Positions 11,148-22,814 of a stretch of 64,000 nt of DNA are shown here, piece after piece. The stretch lies in NCBI GenBank assembly GCA_964270895.1, contig OZ185448.1; one strand, written 5' to 3'. A model generated the notes under the pieces. The model did not search any database. It had not been told where the DNA came from and worked only from the letters and a program-made list of their open reading frames with translations. Position 1 is the first letter of the stretch, and every line of letters starts with the position of its first letter. This DNA comes from Podarcis filfolensis (taxonomy: Eukaryota). The position numbers and the translations under genes are program-made.

Positions 11148-12143
11148 TCAGGGACTGGCAGGGCTCTGGCGAGTGTGTGGCAGGGACAGGGGGCTGGAGT
11201 CCAACCCAGGAGAGGAGGGGGGCAGTGATTCATGGGGTTTTGTGCCACCAGCAAGGCAGGAAGCAGGGCTGGAGGAAGGGCGAGAATTTGAGCAGTCGGA
11301 GACAGAGGAGGGGGTGCAGGACAGGTCAGAAGCAGAGGAAGAGACTGTTCAGGTGAGGGGTGGGCCCACTGAATCCCCGCCATCCTCTGCCCCACTGTCT
11401 CCTAGAACCAGAAGGGGCTTGAAGAGGCAAGCACAGCATCAACTTCGGGGTAGAAGGTTAGGGTATATCAACCTGGCGGGAGAGGTGTGGTCCCACTCAG
11501 TGCTAGATTTATGGATAAACTAAACAAGCCATAGCTTAGGGCCCCACTCTCTTGGGGGCCCCAAAAAAATTCAAAGGGAAAAAAACTGGATGTACATTTC
11601 CAAAATATAAGATAAAAAACAAATAAAATAAAACCTACATACACCAACAGTGTTTTATGTTGTGTAGGTTCCTGTGATGTAATTCATGGGCCCCGTCTAC
11701 TAGCCTGCTCCCTAAAATATCACTGGTTTGCTCATTTCTATATATAGGGTGCCTACATTCTGCATGGACTGGTTGCATGGCAACATGTGCAAATTGCTTT
11801 AGATACCTTTTAGGTCCATAAATTACCATATAGCATATGTTCAGCCCAAAAAACAGTGACAATTTGTTGTTGACAAATGACAGCTGGACATATAAAGGGC
11901 CCCATTATCTTCAGTAGCTTAGGGCCTCATCAAACCTAAATCCAGCCCTGGTCCCACTGTTGCTTCAGTTACTCTACCTGGGAAAGTTAATGTAGTCGCT
12001 AGAACTGTTTGTGTGTGTGTGTATATATTCTGTGCACTTTAGGAGCTGTAATTTTAGGAGCTGCAATTGTGTCCTTTTGTCAATAAAGAATTAAACTACA
12101 GACTGTTTGTCCTCCTTGGCTGGGTGTGCAGTCCATTCTTGCA
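11148..12143 (+). mobile_element. Probable Gypsy-type solo LTR interrupted by a hAT element
   Basis: Starts TGTCAGGGA, purine-rich U3-like region, AATAAA near 12082; right end and TSD uncertain. Confidence 0.55.
11498..11950. mobile_element. Non-autonomous hAT DNA transposon
   Basis: 14-bp TIRs CAGTGCTAGATTTA / CAGGGCTGGATTTA; perfect 8-bp TSD GTCCCACT at 11490-11497 and 11951-11958. Confidence 0.92.
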
Positions 12144-12268
12144 TCCTTTTATTCTGTCAAAGCCACCATGGGGACCATCTGATTAAAAATTCTGCATTTG
12201 TTTATATTTTAGAAATCCCTTTCAAAAGGATTTGTCCAGCACATAGGAAAAGATCTCCCATCCTAGAA

Positions 12269-12697
12269 TGACATATTAGAGGTTACCGGCCACACACTTT
12301 TGCTGCGCAGATACTGGTAAAACCTCTTTTAAACTGTTTTAGCAGAGTTTATCTTCTTTCTCTCTCACGCGCATGGAAGTGGTGAACATCGACGAAGTTG
12401 TTTTGAAGATGACTCACCAAACTGTGAAGTCTCGGTCAAAAGATTTTATTCCCAGACCGGGTACAAGCATTACGGTTGCGAAAGAAATGTTTCCGACTGT
12501 TAACATAAACAGCAATTCAAACAAAAGTCTTATCTCCAGCATGTCGTAAATCACAGCAACAGTCCTTCAACAGAATTCACAGGCAACACTCTTCTGTCAG
12601 ACGTCTGCCATTAGGCGTCTGCAAAAACGAAGCCAAGTGGTCTTCTTTTTATTAACACTTCCAGCTGTCACTAAGTTCAGAGTGCCACTCCCATACA
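12269..12697 (-). mobile_element. LTR-like (solo LTR candidate), CpG-rich
   Basis: Minus strand begins TGTATGG and ends ATGTCA; AATAAA at 12445-12450; about 15 CpG in 430 bp. Confidence 0.5.
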
Positions 12698-12899
12698 TAA
12701 AGGGATTTGTCCAGCATCTCAGTAGGCTCCTCTAGGAACAGTGGCAGCCTGTGCTCATTGGGACAAGTGGGATGGAAGGCTGGGAGGTCAACAGCAGGTG
12801 GAGCCAGTGACAGAAAAAAGTCAATGGACTTTAGTTTTGCCCCTTCCTCCTCCTTTTCTCTGCTGGGTTTTACTGCTAAGCTGTCAAACTTGCTTGCTC

Positions 12900-13500
12900 A
12901 GGAGGCAGTGATGGCCACCAGCTTTTAAAGAAGATTAGACAAATTAGCAAGGGACACGGGTGGCGCTGTGGGTTAAACCACAGAGCCTAGGACTTGCCGA
13001 TCAGAAGGTCGGCGGTTCGAATCCCCGTGACAGGGTGAGCTCCCGTTGCTCTGTCCCTGCTCCTGCCAACCTAGCAATTTGAAAGCACATCAAAGTGCAA
13101 GTAGATAAATAGGTACCGCTCCAGCGGGAAGGTAAACAGCGTTTCCGTGCGCTGCTCTGGTTCGCCAGAAGCAGCTTGGTCATGCTGGCCACATGACCCG
13201 GAAGCTGTCTGCGGACAAATGCCGGCTCCCTCAGCCAATAAAGCGAGATGAGCGCCGCAACCCCAGAGTCGGTCACGATTGGACCTAATGGTCAGGGGTC
13301 CCTTTACCTTTATCTAGACAAATTAGCAGAGGAGTAAAAGGCTATCTATGGCTACTAGTCATGGTGACTATGCCCTGCCTCCAGGATCAGAGGCAGTAAT
13401 GCTTCTGAACATCAGTTGCTAGAAACCACAGGAGGCGAGAGGGCCCTTGCACTGCTTGTGAACTAGATGGGCCATGGGCCTGATCTAACAGACTCTTCTT
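12900..13500 (+). mobile_element. CR1-type 3' end interrupted by a Sauria SINE
   Basis: TTTTAAAGAAGATTAGACAAATT..GGCTATCTATGGCTACTAG..CTCTTCTTATAATCT continues across the SINE. Confidence 0.75.
12951..13314 (+). mobile_element. Sauria SINE, full length
   Basis: Perfect 14-bp TSD TAGACAAATTAGCA at 12936-12949 and 13315-13328; long variant. Confidence 0.97.
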
Positions 13501-13984
13501 ATAATCTACAAGAGCAAAACTGCAGAGGAAGCTGATAGTGAATGATGCCCGCCCGCCTTGGACTATAGGAATGCAGGCAAGTGGGTGCTAGCTGACAGCT
13601 GGCTGAGATGGGTGGGGCAGTGTGCCATCAAGCCTCCACTGTCTAGGAACTCTAGGCAGTAGATTAAGGGATTAAAAAGGAAGGGGGTGTAGACGTGTGT
13701 GATCCCCCCACCTGCTTAAAACGAGTGACTCATTCCGATCGAATAATACATTCAATGAAATGTGCTTTCCTCTTTGTCATTTCAGCTCACAAATAGTCTG
13801 TGAGCAACCTATACTTTTATCAGATTTTTCCTTTCGCTTTGCGCAAATTTCTTTGCAAGGAATACTAAGGAGGCAACTCGTGAGACACAGACTGACTACA
13901 GATGAAGCCCTTGTGCATTGAAAAGGGTACCCTCTGGTGGTAGGGAGACCGGAGACCACAGACCACATACTGTGGTGGGGCACT

Positions 13985-14088
13985 GTTTTTGTTTTTTACG
14001 TTGTTATGCATTTTTGTGTCTTTATATTGTAAACCACCCTGTGATCCTCAGGTGCATGGCAGTATAGAAATTTAAATAATAATAATAC
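13985..14088 (+). mobile_element. L2-like / SINE 3' tail
   Basis: T-rich run, TGTAAACCACCCTGTGATCCTC..GGCAGTATAGAAATTT(AAT)n. Confidence 0.55.
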
Positions 14089-14108
14089 TTATTTGTAGGG
14101 ATTTCTAT

Positions 14109-15221
14109 TTTTTTAAAAGTAATTTTTATTAACTGGCCAATCACATCAAATTAAATCACATCACATAAATTCCAAATTACAAAGCCAAATTTTTAAATTT
14201 TGTTGGGGGAACCCATACTTCAAGATCCAAAGGGGGATTCAGATCATCTTCTTATTACTGCGTTAATGTCCAAATCAGTCCCAATCAATCCAGACAAAAT
14301 TCATAATTCTATCCAGTCTTATCTTGGTGTTTCCACATCATATCTTGTTCATATAATTTCTATTTTTCCTTTACGATCTCTTCTGTTAGTCTCCTTAAGC
14401 CGATAAGCAAAATAATAATCCTGTGTGGATTTCCCGTTCCTCCACTAAGTCCAGATGGTTTCCATATATCTCCTTCGTAGATAGCATCGCTCTTTCCATC
14501 ATAAATTTGGCATTTGTCGCTCTTAAGTCCCACTGAGAAGTTGATCCACGATATGTAAACAACTCTATTTCTCTCTTTCTCCTCCCAGACCCAAGAGCTC
14601 CAACAATGCCTCCCAAAATGGCGACGGCATTTTTAACTGCGTCATTCCAAAACTCTTAGCTTTCCAGCTTCATCTTGAAACATTGCTTTGGTTCGAAAGT
14701 TTATCTCCACACAGCATTAAATCCACAGCTTAAGTCCTTAGTTTCTGACTCATTAGGGGAGGGGATTCTTGTTAAATCACATAAGAAAAAGGAAGGCGGG
14801 TTTTTCCCCCCTCCCCCCTCAGTCATTTGTCATACCGTATCTTGACGTATCTTCTCATATTTTATTCTTGTCTTGTTATCAGAGATCTCTTCTGTCAGCA
14901 GTCTTTACTCCCCTTTTTCCTTGAAGCATGTGCAATTTATCTCGTCCAAATTGTTTCTTTTGAAGATGCTTGCAACTAGCGGCGTGAATCAGGGACGGCG
15001 TCCAGGAGTGCCGGAATCCCACAGGAGGGCTTTGTGCCTAGTGCCCCCACCCCCACAAATTCGGGGGTGGTATAGGGCACAGCAGGCAAGGGCCGTCCCC
15101 CCCACAATCCTGGGGGGGGTTAAGGAGGCTAATTACCCCCATCATAGCCTCCAAATTACCTCGTGTGGGTCGGAGAGATGTTATTGTCAGCCATCTTCCG
15201 ATGCGCCACCTAGTGGCCCCC
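14109..15221 (-). mobile_element. Short non-autonomous L1-like retroelement retaining both termini
   Basis: Perfect 19-bp TSD TATTTGTAGGGATTTCTAT (14090-14108, 15222-15240); minus strand starts GGGGG..GGAAGATGGC, GC-rich 5' region, AATAAA (14125-14130) and a short A tail. Confidence 0.85.
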
Positions 15222-15350
15222 TATTTGTAGGGATTTCTATGCCTCTCAAGATATACAATTCCAGAGCACTGTATGATTTAACATTATACAAAATGAAAAA
15301 CAGAAACTTAGGAGAACATATTCAACAATACAAATAACATTCCTTAGCAG

Positions 15351-15455
15351 CAGGGGTGGGAAACCTTTTTCAGCCTGAGGTCCACCTTACCTTCTTGTCA
15401 ACCTCCTGAGGTCCACATGCCCGTGGTGGGCAGGGCCAGAGACAAAGTGGGCAGA
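15351..15455 (+). mobile_element. hAT-like MITE left end
   Basis: CAGGGGTGGGAAACCTTTTTCAGCC terminus. Confidence 0.6.
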
Positions 15456-15456
15456 A

Positions 15457-15622
15457 CATTTGCTTTGAATGCAGAATGTTCTGGGTTCCATCCCCAGCAT
15501 CTTCACGTAGGGCTGGAAATGTCCCATTTCTGAAACCCTGGAGAGCTGCTGTCAGTCAGTTGCAGACAATGCTGAGCTAGATGAACTCTAGTCTAACTCG
15601 GTATAAGGCAGATTTATGTGTG
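15457..15622 (+). mobile_element. tRNA-Ala-derived SINE
   Basis: TTTGCTTTGAATGCAGAA..CTGAAACCCTGGAGAGCTGCTG..GTATAAGGCAG. Confidence 0.8.
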
Positions 15623-16670
15623 ACAGACATAGAGGCTGCCAAGTCTCATCAACCCCACTGACCGTTACTCCTTCCATCTGATCTATGTGGGTACAAATAA
15701 TATTGCCAGATATTAACTTCCACCAGCAGTGAACCCTTCAACCTACGACCATCTCTAGGGTGGCCAAGGGGGATAATTGACCCCCACCCCAGCTGAACCA
15801 CAATCCCCAGATTTCTTTCCTTTTTGAAAAAGTTTATAGTATTTGTAGCCCCTTAAATATGATGGGAGATGTTTTGGGAGAAACTAGCCTGTTACCCCCT
15901 TTCTGTGTTTTACTTTGTTCCTCCTCCCTTCTTGGAAAAATATATTTCCACCCAACCACAAGTTCAGCACTGGCGTCAGTCCACGGCTAATGGCTAGCAG
16001 AAGAATGCAGGTCTGGTTAGTAGGACACCTCTACCCAATCCTTTATCACCACACCTGGCACAAAGGAGGTTCAGATTGCACCCTTAGGCAATGTATTCCT
16101 CATAGCATCCTAGCTATACTCTTATGGCACAACATATAGGAACTAATGGTCCCAGAGCTCAGGAACCACAGCTCAAAAATTGCCTTCTCCATGGTGAATG
16201 TCTCACCATGCTATACAGGGTGCATCTTCCCTTATTTCCATTTGAGTTTTATACCCTGGAGCACTTCAATGCACCCTTGTCTTGATATCTCTCATCTTCC
16301 TTATCACCCCACTCGGAGGATATCATCATCTTCTCCTTTGAACTAATACAGAAAAGCAAAAAAAAAACAAGCAAAAAAAACCAACCCACCCCCACCTCCT
16401 TTTATCTCCCTTTCGGAATCCCAAGAGAGGTTGGAAAATAATTCTCTTTAGGCCGAGAGCTGCAGGCCAGCTCATCAGCACATGCCAATTGTGATTGGAT
16501 GGGGTGCCTTGTGAGTTCCTTTCATGCACTTTCTGACAAAGCTGGAAGTCTGGCTTTGAATCTAAGATCTTCAAAGTTCTGGGGATGAATGTTAGGAATG
16601 AGAGAGAATCTTGACATCTTGCCGTTTTCAGCAGGTTTTGGCCAAGCAAAATAATTATTTATGGCAATTC

Positions 16671-16853
16671 ACAGGAAGCTGCCTTATGCAGAGTCAGACA
16701 CACTGGCCAATCTAGATCAGTATGCCTGCACTGACTGGCAGCAGCTCTCTAGGATTTGAGGCAGGGTTCCCTCTCCACAGAGCCCTACTTAGAGATATTA
16801 GGTATTCAAACTAGGACCTTCTGCATTTAAAGCACCACTGAGCTATGGCCCTA
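16671..16853 (-). mobile_element. tRNA-Ala-derived SINE
   Basis: AGGAAGCTGCCTTAT tail through CCACTGAGCTATGGCCC head, on the reverse strand. Confidence 0.8.
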
Positions 16854-17184
16854 CTGCTGATAAGAATCCGGAATTTGCATACAGTATAAGATAACCCTCA
16901 AAACCATTGCAGAGTTATTTGGATCAATCTGTCCTCTCCCCAAAGATTCCAGATCTCGTGCATTATCTTCTTCAAACCTGGGAGCACACACAGTTGGGTG
17001 TTTAAGTTAGTTTACTTATCTGCAGAGCAATCAACAATATTTCAGTTTCTACTTCAGATTAACACAGAGATGGCCCTTTGCTGGAAGGCAGGAACTTAAC
17101 AAAGACTTAGGGCCCCCATTCCCTAACAAAAACTTCAGAACATAGAAAACTGGCATAACTATACCAGGCCGTTAAACTCAGTGC

Positions 17185-17447
17185 CACCTACACAGCCCAG
17201 CAGTCTCTCCAGGGTTTCAGCCATGGGTCTTTCCAAGGGCTGCAGGTGCCAGGGACTGAATCTGCCACTGAGCTATGCCCCTTCCCCTGTTTCATCCCTT
17301 GTGACATGAAGCATTAGGGATGGCATGGGTCTCAAAAGAGGTTTCAGATAGGAACCTTTTCCAGCCTTACTTTGAGATGCTGGAGATTGAACCCGGAGCC
17401 ATTTGCTTGCAGAGCAAGCATCTTACCCCTGAGCTACGATCCTCCCA
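17185..17447 (-). mobile_element. Two partial tRNA-Ala-derived SINE heads (17185-17287, 17351-17447)
   Basis: Each ends in CTGAGCTA; reverse B-box GATTGAACC / GACTGAATC. Confidence 0.7.
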
Positions 17448-18117
17448 ATGAGAAGCTGTATTCTGCCATTCATGTTTCACTTGCAGCATGCAGATAGACA
17501 CCATGCTTAAATTCTCACTCTGTGCAGGAAGGAAACTGAAAGGGTTCGGAGATCCTGTTTAAAATGCTATCTCTGTCTGGAATAGAGAGGGGAGGGGGAT
17601 TTCGAGTGTACCCATTTTCTTCCCAACCTGCAGGTGGTTTGGTGTTTTTTTAAAGCAAATAAAAGCTTTTGTGAATATGGCATGTAGCCTTTTGTACTTC
17701 TGCCTCTTCTGAAATAAAACCAGCTGATCTGAAGCTTCTAATATTGGCCTTGACTTCAGACAGAAGAAGAAACCGATTTCTGCTGTGATTTAGTCCAAAT
17801 GTCTTCCTTTTAATTAAAAAGTTATCTCTGCCTGCTAGAATTACATTGCAACTGTCTAACGCTGCAGCAATTTGCCATCCAACCATCAGCCACCTTGAAC
17901 AAATGAAGATAATAGTGGGGTGGGGGAGAGAAGGAATTGTTCAATTAGAAGTGTGTGCATGATGGGGGGCGGGAGTGGATCTGACATTTCAATTTACAGA
18001 TGTAAGCACCTCCTAACGGTCATGTCGGTATTATGTTGGAGGCCAGGAGGGCATGTCTGATGGCCATCACATGTCTAGAAACACTAGCCAACATTTCACT
18101 GGGACAGCAATAAAGGG

Positions 18118-18290
18118 CCTTTTTGCTGGGACCACAGCTCAGTGGTGGAGCATCTGCTTTACATGCAGAAGGCCCCAGATTCAATACCTGGCATCTCCAG
18201 GTAGGGATGGGAAAGAAAAACCATAGTCTGAAACCTTGGAGAGCTGCTGCCAGTCAACATAGACAATACTGAGCTAGATGGACCAATGCT
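18118..18290 (+). mobile_element. tRNA-Ala-derived SINE
   Basis: AGCTCAGTGGTGGAGCATCTGCTTTACATGCAGAAGGCCCCAGATTCAATACCTGGCATCTCCA head plus body. Confidence 0.88.
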
Positions 18291-18344
18291 GCAGGTCTTG
18301 TGGTGCCAACTGGGCTGGGGAAGGGATGGGATGATGGTGATGAT

Positions 18345-18670
18345 GATGATGATGATTTATTTATACCCTGCCCATCTGGCTGGGTTTCCCCAGCCATTCT
18401 GGGTGGCTCCCAACCAAATATTAAAAACACAATACAGCATTAAACATTAAAAACTTCCCTAAACAGGACTGCCTTCAGATGTCTTTTAAAAGTAGGATAG
18501 CTGCTTATTTCCTTGACATCTGATGGGAGGGCGTTCCACAGGGCAGGTGCCACTACCAAGAAGGCCCTCTGCTTGATTTCCCTGTAACCTCACTTCTCAC
18601 AGTGAGGGAACCACCAGAAGGCCCTTGGAGCTGGATCTCAGTGTCCGGGCTGAACAGTGGGGGTGGAGGA
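18345..18670 (-). mobile_element. L2 LINE 3' end
   Basis: Reverse translation ARTLRSSSKGLLVVPSL resembles the L2 ORF2 end; conserved L2 terminus and (ATC)n tail. Confidence 0.85.
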
Positions 18671-18946
18671 CCAAGACTGGTCAGAGGTGGAGGAACCAGA
18701 GGTTTGGTGTGGGGGGAGTTCAAGCAGTTACTTCGGAGGAGGTCCCACTGCATTGTGGGGAGAGGAGTGTCAGTTGTTGGGGCAGCAACTTAGCTACTCC
18801 TTAGTCATGTCTCTTAGAGCTGTGTCATAGACTTATGAGCTAGCACTTAGACTATGTGCTGACTTCTTGAGTAAAGCTTTTGGGTTTCCTTGGGCAGAGA
18901 GTCCAAGCATGTGTCTGAGAGTGGGAGCCAGGACTGCCAATGGTTG

Positions 18947-18947
<1 letters not shown>

Positions 18948-18981
<34 letters not shown>

Positions 18982-19073
18982 GTATTAGTATTTGAGGCAG
19001 CTTCCTATGTTTCTAAGTATATACATATAGGCAACAGTCATGTTGGTAATATATATATATATTATCATAGGCA

Positions 19074-19111
<38 letters not shown>
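18948..19111. repeat. (ATT)n and (TA)n microsatellites
   Basis: Directly visible at about 18948-18990 and 19050-19111. Confidence 0.95.
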
Positions 19112-19113
<2 letters not shown>

Positions 19114-20020
19114 AAGGGCCATGGCTATATCTGCTCAGTTTCCCACTCAGCCACACACCCAACTTTTCTATGAATGAAGCATGACCCCACGTAGAACAGA
19201 TCGGGCCCTAAACACCCCAGTGCAAAACATCAGCCAACCCCTTTTCCAGGCAGTTGAGTAGCAATACTTACAAATGTCAGCAGGAGCAAACAAGACTTTT
19301 AAACCCTTGATTAAACATCCTTGGCCTGGGAGGACTTGCATTAAATTTCACACCTTGCAGATTTCATGTATAATTAAACTGACTCCTTGCTTGATAGCAG
19401 TGAATAAATATTATTGATGATGACAAAGTCTATGGCTGGGTTTGCAAACTGTACTTTGAAAACTGGTGCGTTCCATTTCCAATACCCAATGATTGTTAAA
19501 TCACAGGCAATCCAGTCCATTGCATTCCATTTAAAATATACCATTGGTGATTTAGCCTTTGGATGTGTATGTGCACCCACAGGAAAAGCCATCCTAAACT
19601 ACATCCACAGAGTCAAAAATCAGAATCCAGTCTTGTTCATAAGCCATTGTATTGTTTCCTTTAGTTGTCTTGCCTACAAAGGCAGCTCTGGAAATCCAAC
19701 CAGTACAGCAGAGATCTGTGGAAATGGACAGAATTTGCATTCAAGTGGGGTGCCTTGCCAAATTAACTGCAGTGTCCTTCAGAAGAGCTCTATTCTTCAT
19801 TAGAGATATAATTTATCTGCCATCATTTGAGCCCCAAACATCAGATCCAACACCACAGTGCACATATGAAGTGTGCTGCTCAGATGTACCAACTACCATC
19901 CCATTTCCCACAGTGGCTAACCTGATGGTATATCTGCAAAGTCCACAAGCAGGACTTGCGGCAACAGAGCTGGGCTGGGAAACCTGCGGCCCTGCAATGC
20001 CCATCATCCCTGCCTTCCAC

Positions 20021-20188
20021 TGAGTCAGGTCATCAGTCCCTCTTTCTCAGTATACTTTGCACTGGCTGGCAGCAGCTCTCTGGGGTTTCAAACAGAGGTG
20101 TCTCATGGCTCTTCCTGGAGACGCCAGGGATTGAACCTGGGACCTTCTGCATGCAAAGCAGATGCTCCACCACTGAGCTGCAATCCCA
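20021..20188 (-). mobile_element. tRNA-Ala-derived SINE
   Basis: Well preserved head on the reverse strand: GCAGCTCAGTGGTGGAGCATCTGCTTTGCATGCAGAAGGTCCCAGGTTCAATCCCTGGCGTCTCCA, cf. tRNA-Ala(TGC). Confidence 0.9.
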
Positions 20189-21069
20189 GAAGATTCCCTT
20201 TTATTATTGTTGTTGCTTGTTTCAAGTAAAACATTGGTTAGTGTTCCGGACACACGGTGGCCATCAAACATGTCCTACTGGCCTCCAGCTGTATCTTGGT
20301 GGCCTCCAACAGAGCACCCACATGACTATTAGGAGGCCTGTCCAACTCACAGAATCCAACTCTTTTCAACACAGAATGTGACCTCCTGAGAGCAGAACTC
20401 TGATGGAAGAACAAAGAACATGCAGTCCTGATCAAAATCCTTTCAAAATACCCCAAGACCTGCTCTCGCAACAGGGTCCCTTCAACCATTGCTAGTTCTC
20501 TAATTATCAAGAGCTCGTGGAGGAAAGAAATAAAATAGCAATCGTTGACACCTGGCGAAAAATGAGCTATTAAGATGAACTGTCTCTCATAACAAGTCAC
20601 CTCTAATTTGGAACATGAACTTGGTCCTGCATGAATGAACGGAATAATTGCATTAGTTCTTTCAGCTAACCTACAGGAGGTTATACAGTCCATTTAAAAG
20701 AAAAAAAATACCGCAGGACAAAAGGGATGCCTTTATATACTTTTTGCATGCTAGTTCATGCTTCCCTTAAGGAAGGGTTTTGAACCTCAGCCCCAGGGGC
20801 CAAATCAAGCCCTTTTATTTATCCAGCCCTCAGCACTCACGCCAGGCCACAACACTCACTGGTTCAACTATACACCCTCCCTCCAGTGCTTTTCCTTGCT
20901 GGAATGTGCCACATCTTGCTTGTCTGCATGGAGGGTGCAGAATAGGATGTGTCTGTGTCTGTGTGACATGGCTGCAATGTACCCTGTCCAACAGTAAGAG
21001 TCACACCCATTGCTCTGTGTTTGCTATTGGTCATGCCCACCACTGGCATGCGGCCCCTGCAGAAGGTTG

Positions 21070-21210
21070 TAGATTTAGGGTTGCCGTGTGTCCTCTTTTT
21101 CCAGGACACGTCCTCTTTTTCATGGGTATGTAAAATGAGAGTCATCATAGTGATCCATAGTTAAAAGCAGAAGTCAGCAAATGTGTCCTCTTTTTTGCTC
21201 TTCAAAATAT
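21070..21210 (+). mobile_element. hAT (Blackjack-like) remnant
   Basis: TAGGGTTGCC start with repeated GTCCTCTTTT / GGACAC subterminal motifs. Confidence 0.5.
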
Positions 21211-21624
21211 GGCATCCGAATTTGGCCCTTGGACTAAAAAAGTTTCCCCAACCCCCAATCGAGTCCAATACTCCGTTCCTGACTGTGGCCAGACATACGC
21301 CTCTGGGAAATCTAAAAGCAAGGTATGTGAACAACATTAATATTGTTGTTGTTATTAATCATTAGGTTATTGCAATTTCACTTTCTTCCATCATGGAACC
21401 CAAGGTGGACATGACAAGTGCTCACATACCATTTCCAAAGTTCAGAGCAGATCTTCAAGGTATACTTGACATGCCCCTTGAACTATGCTCACTATCTAAT
21501 ATGGTACCTTCCTGGATGTGGGAATTGCTTCACTTCTGGAATAGCTTTGGAGTCACATCAGGAGCCTTTGCCACTGCATTGGGGGCATCTGATGACAGAG
21601 GTGCGACTCTTTCCAGACAACATA

Positions 21625-21910
21625 CAAACATAAGAAGAGCCCTACTGGATCGCGCCAAGGCCCATCTAGTTGAGCATCCTCTTCTCCCAGTGGCCACACA
21701 CATGTGTGTGGCAAACCTGTGAGCAGAATCCAAGCACAAAAGTACTCTCCTCTCCTAGGGTTTCTAGCAACTGGCGTTCAGAAGCGTTGCTGCCCCTCTG
21801 TGAAGGCAGAGCATAGCCATCATGTATAGTAGCCATTGCTAGCCTTTTGTTCCATGAATTTGTCCAATTCTCTTTCAAGCCATCCAAGTTGGTGCCCATC
21901 ACTGCATCCT
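21625..21910 (-). mobile_element. CR1-type LINE 3' end
   Basis: AACATAAGAAGAGCCCTACTGGATC..TTTGTTCCATGAATTTGTCCAATTCTCTTTCAAGCCATCCAAGTTGG. Confidence 0.85.
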
Positions 21911-22094
21911 GAGGGGCAAAACCACTTAGCTGCTGCCCAGCATCCCTATCAGCACACTACAGACCACTGGGCTCCTCCGGAGGTCCAATCCTCGTCCCCC
22001 TATGATCAGCAGTGCCAAGGTATCGCCATGACAACTTTTGCCTCTGGTCCCACCCACCACTGAAAGGCAATTTCCTGATGCTTGTGCAAGAGGG

Positions 22095-22300
22095 AAGGAA
22101 TGCCCATTTTTGCAAGAATTCCCCCCCCCTAACATACACACCTTTGCACACATTGTTCGGTTAAAGAACTACATCGCAAAATTCAGGGAAGTGCAGATTT
22201 CAATGGACAGCTGTGATTTGGTTTGCATCTTGGTTGGAAAAGTGTGAGTTTTATCATTTCTGTACAAAAATGCATACCAAATTGAATTTCTTCACACCCT
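22095..22300 (-). repeat. Unclassified interspersed repeat (family of 27290, 35400, 54690)
   Basis: Reverse copy of the TTTGCATTT..AAATTTG(C/T)AC..CAGTTCTCCAGCCA family. Confidence 0.5.
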
Positions 22301-22814
22301 TAGTGACCCACCACCAGTTTAGAGTTCTTGCAAAGAGACAATTACTGCACTCGGCAATGCAGATTTTTGCCTCTAATTTCCTCCCACCACCACCATTATT
22401 GGGTGATGGCCTTCATTAATCCATAGGATAAATTTATGTCAATTGCACTGGAGACCCTTTTCATAAAGGAGCAATTACCATGAGCTTTGTGATAAAGCCG
22501 TTCCCAGTTGGCCTGTGAGTCATCACATATTTTTTAACCAGAGCTCACATCCACCCACCACAACCCTCATCCACAATGGGACTCTGCTAATTATGCACGA
22601 AAGGAGCATGCCACTCCAGAATAGGGTCAAGTCAGCAAGAAAAGAGAGCATGAACAATACTGAGCGCATTAAGTATACTAATAAAAACTAAATTAGAAAA
22701 CAAAGAAGGACAAAACGTGTGCTCTTAGTACTTTTGCAAACCTTGCAGTTTTCTCAGGTGCTTGTGCATCAACAGAACAAGTACTTTATGGGAGAGGGGA
22801 AATATAATCAGAGG

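Noticed and set aside
13001-13276. Recurring peptide family (GHVASMTKLLL..RRSGTYLST) in ORFs at 13001, 44490, 53203 and 60216
   Set aside because: These are antisense translations of Sauria SINE copies, not a gene family.
13786-13921. Acceptor followed by SQIVCEQPILLSDFSFRFAQISLQGILRR..
   Set aside because: The acceptor is good, but the frame ends in a stop with no clear donor or poly-A signal, and the peptide is not recognised.
16210-16345. Minus-strand exon candidate after a T-rich tract (SKEKMMISSEWGDKEDE..)
   Set aside because: The tract is a simple A-rich run, the donor is weak and there is no homology; it also conflicts in strand with the other candidates.
20110-20188. Functional tRNA-Ala gene
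   Set aside because: It continues into the SINE body found in many copies here, and the stems are degenerate; it is a SINE head. The same applies to the tRNA-Ile-like head at 9000-9072.
20238-20693. 151-aa minus-strand ORF, and similar ORFs at 19414, 8315, 8358 and 3484
   Set aside because: No recognisable cellular or viral motifs; overlapping ORFs on both strands suggest chance.
21588-21630. Hammerhead ribozyme core (CTGATGA)
   Set aside because: No properly placed GAAA or stem II follows; other CTGATGA/TCATCAG hits I noticed also lacked the fold. This was not an exhaustive search.
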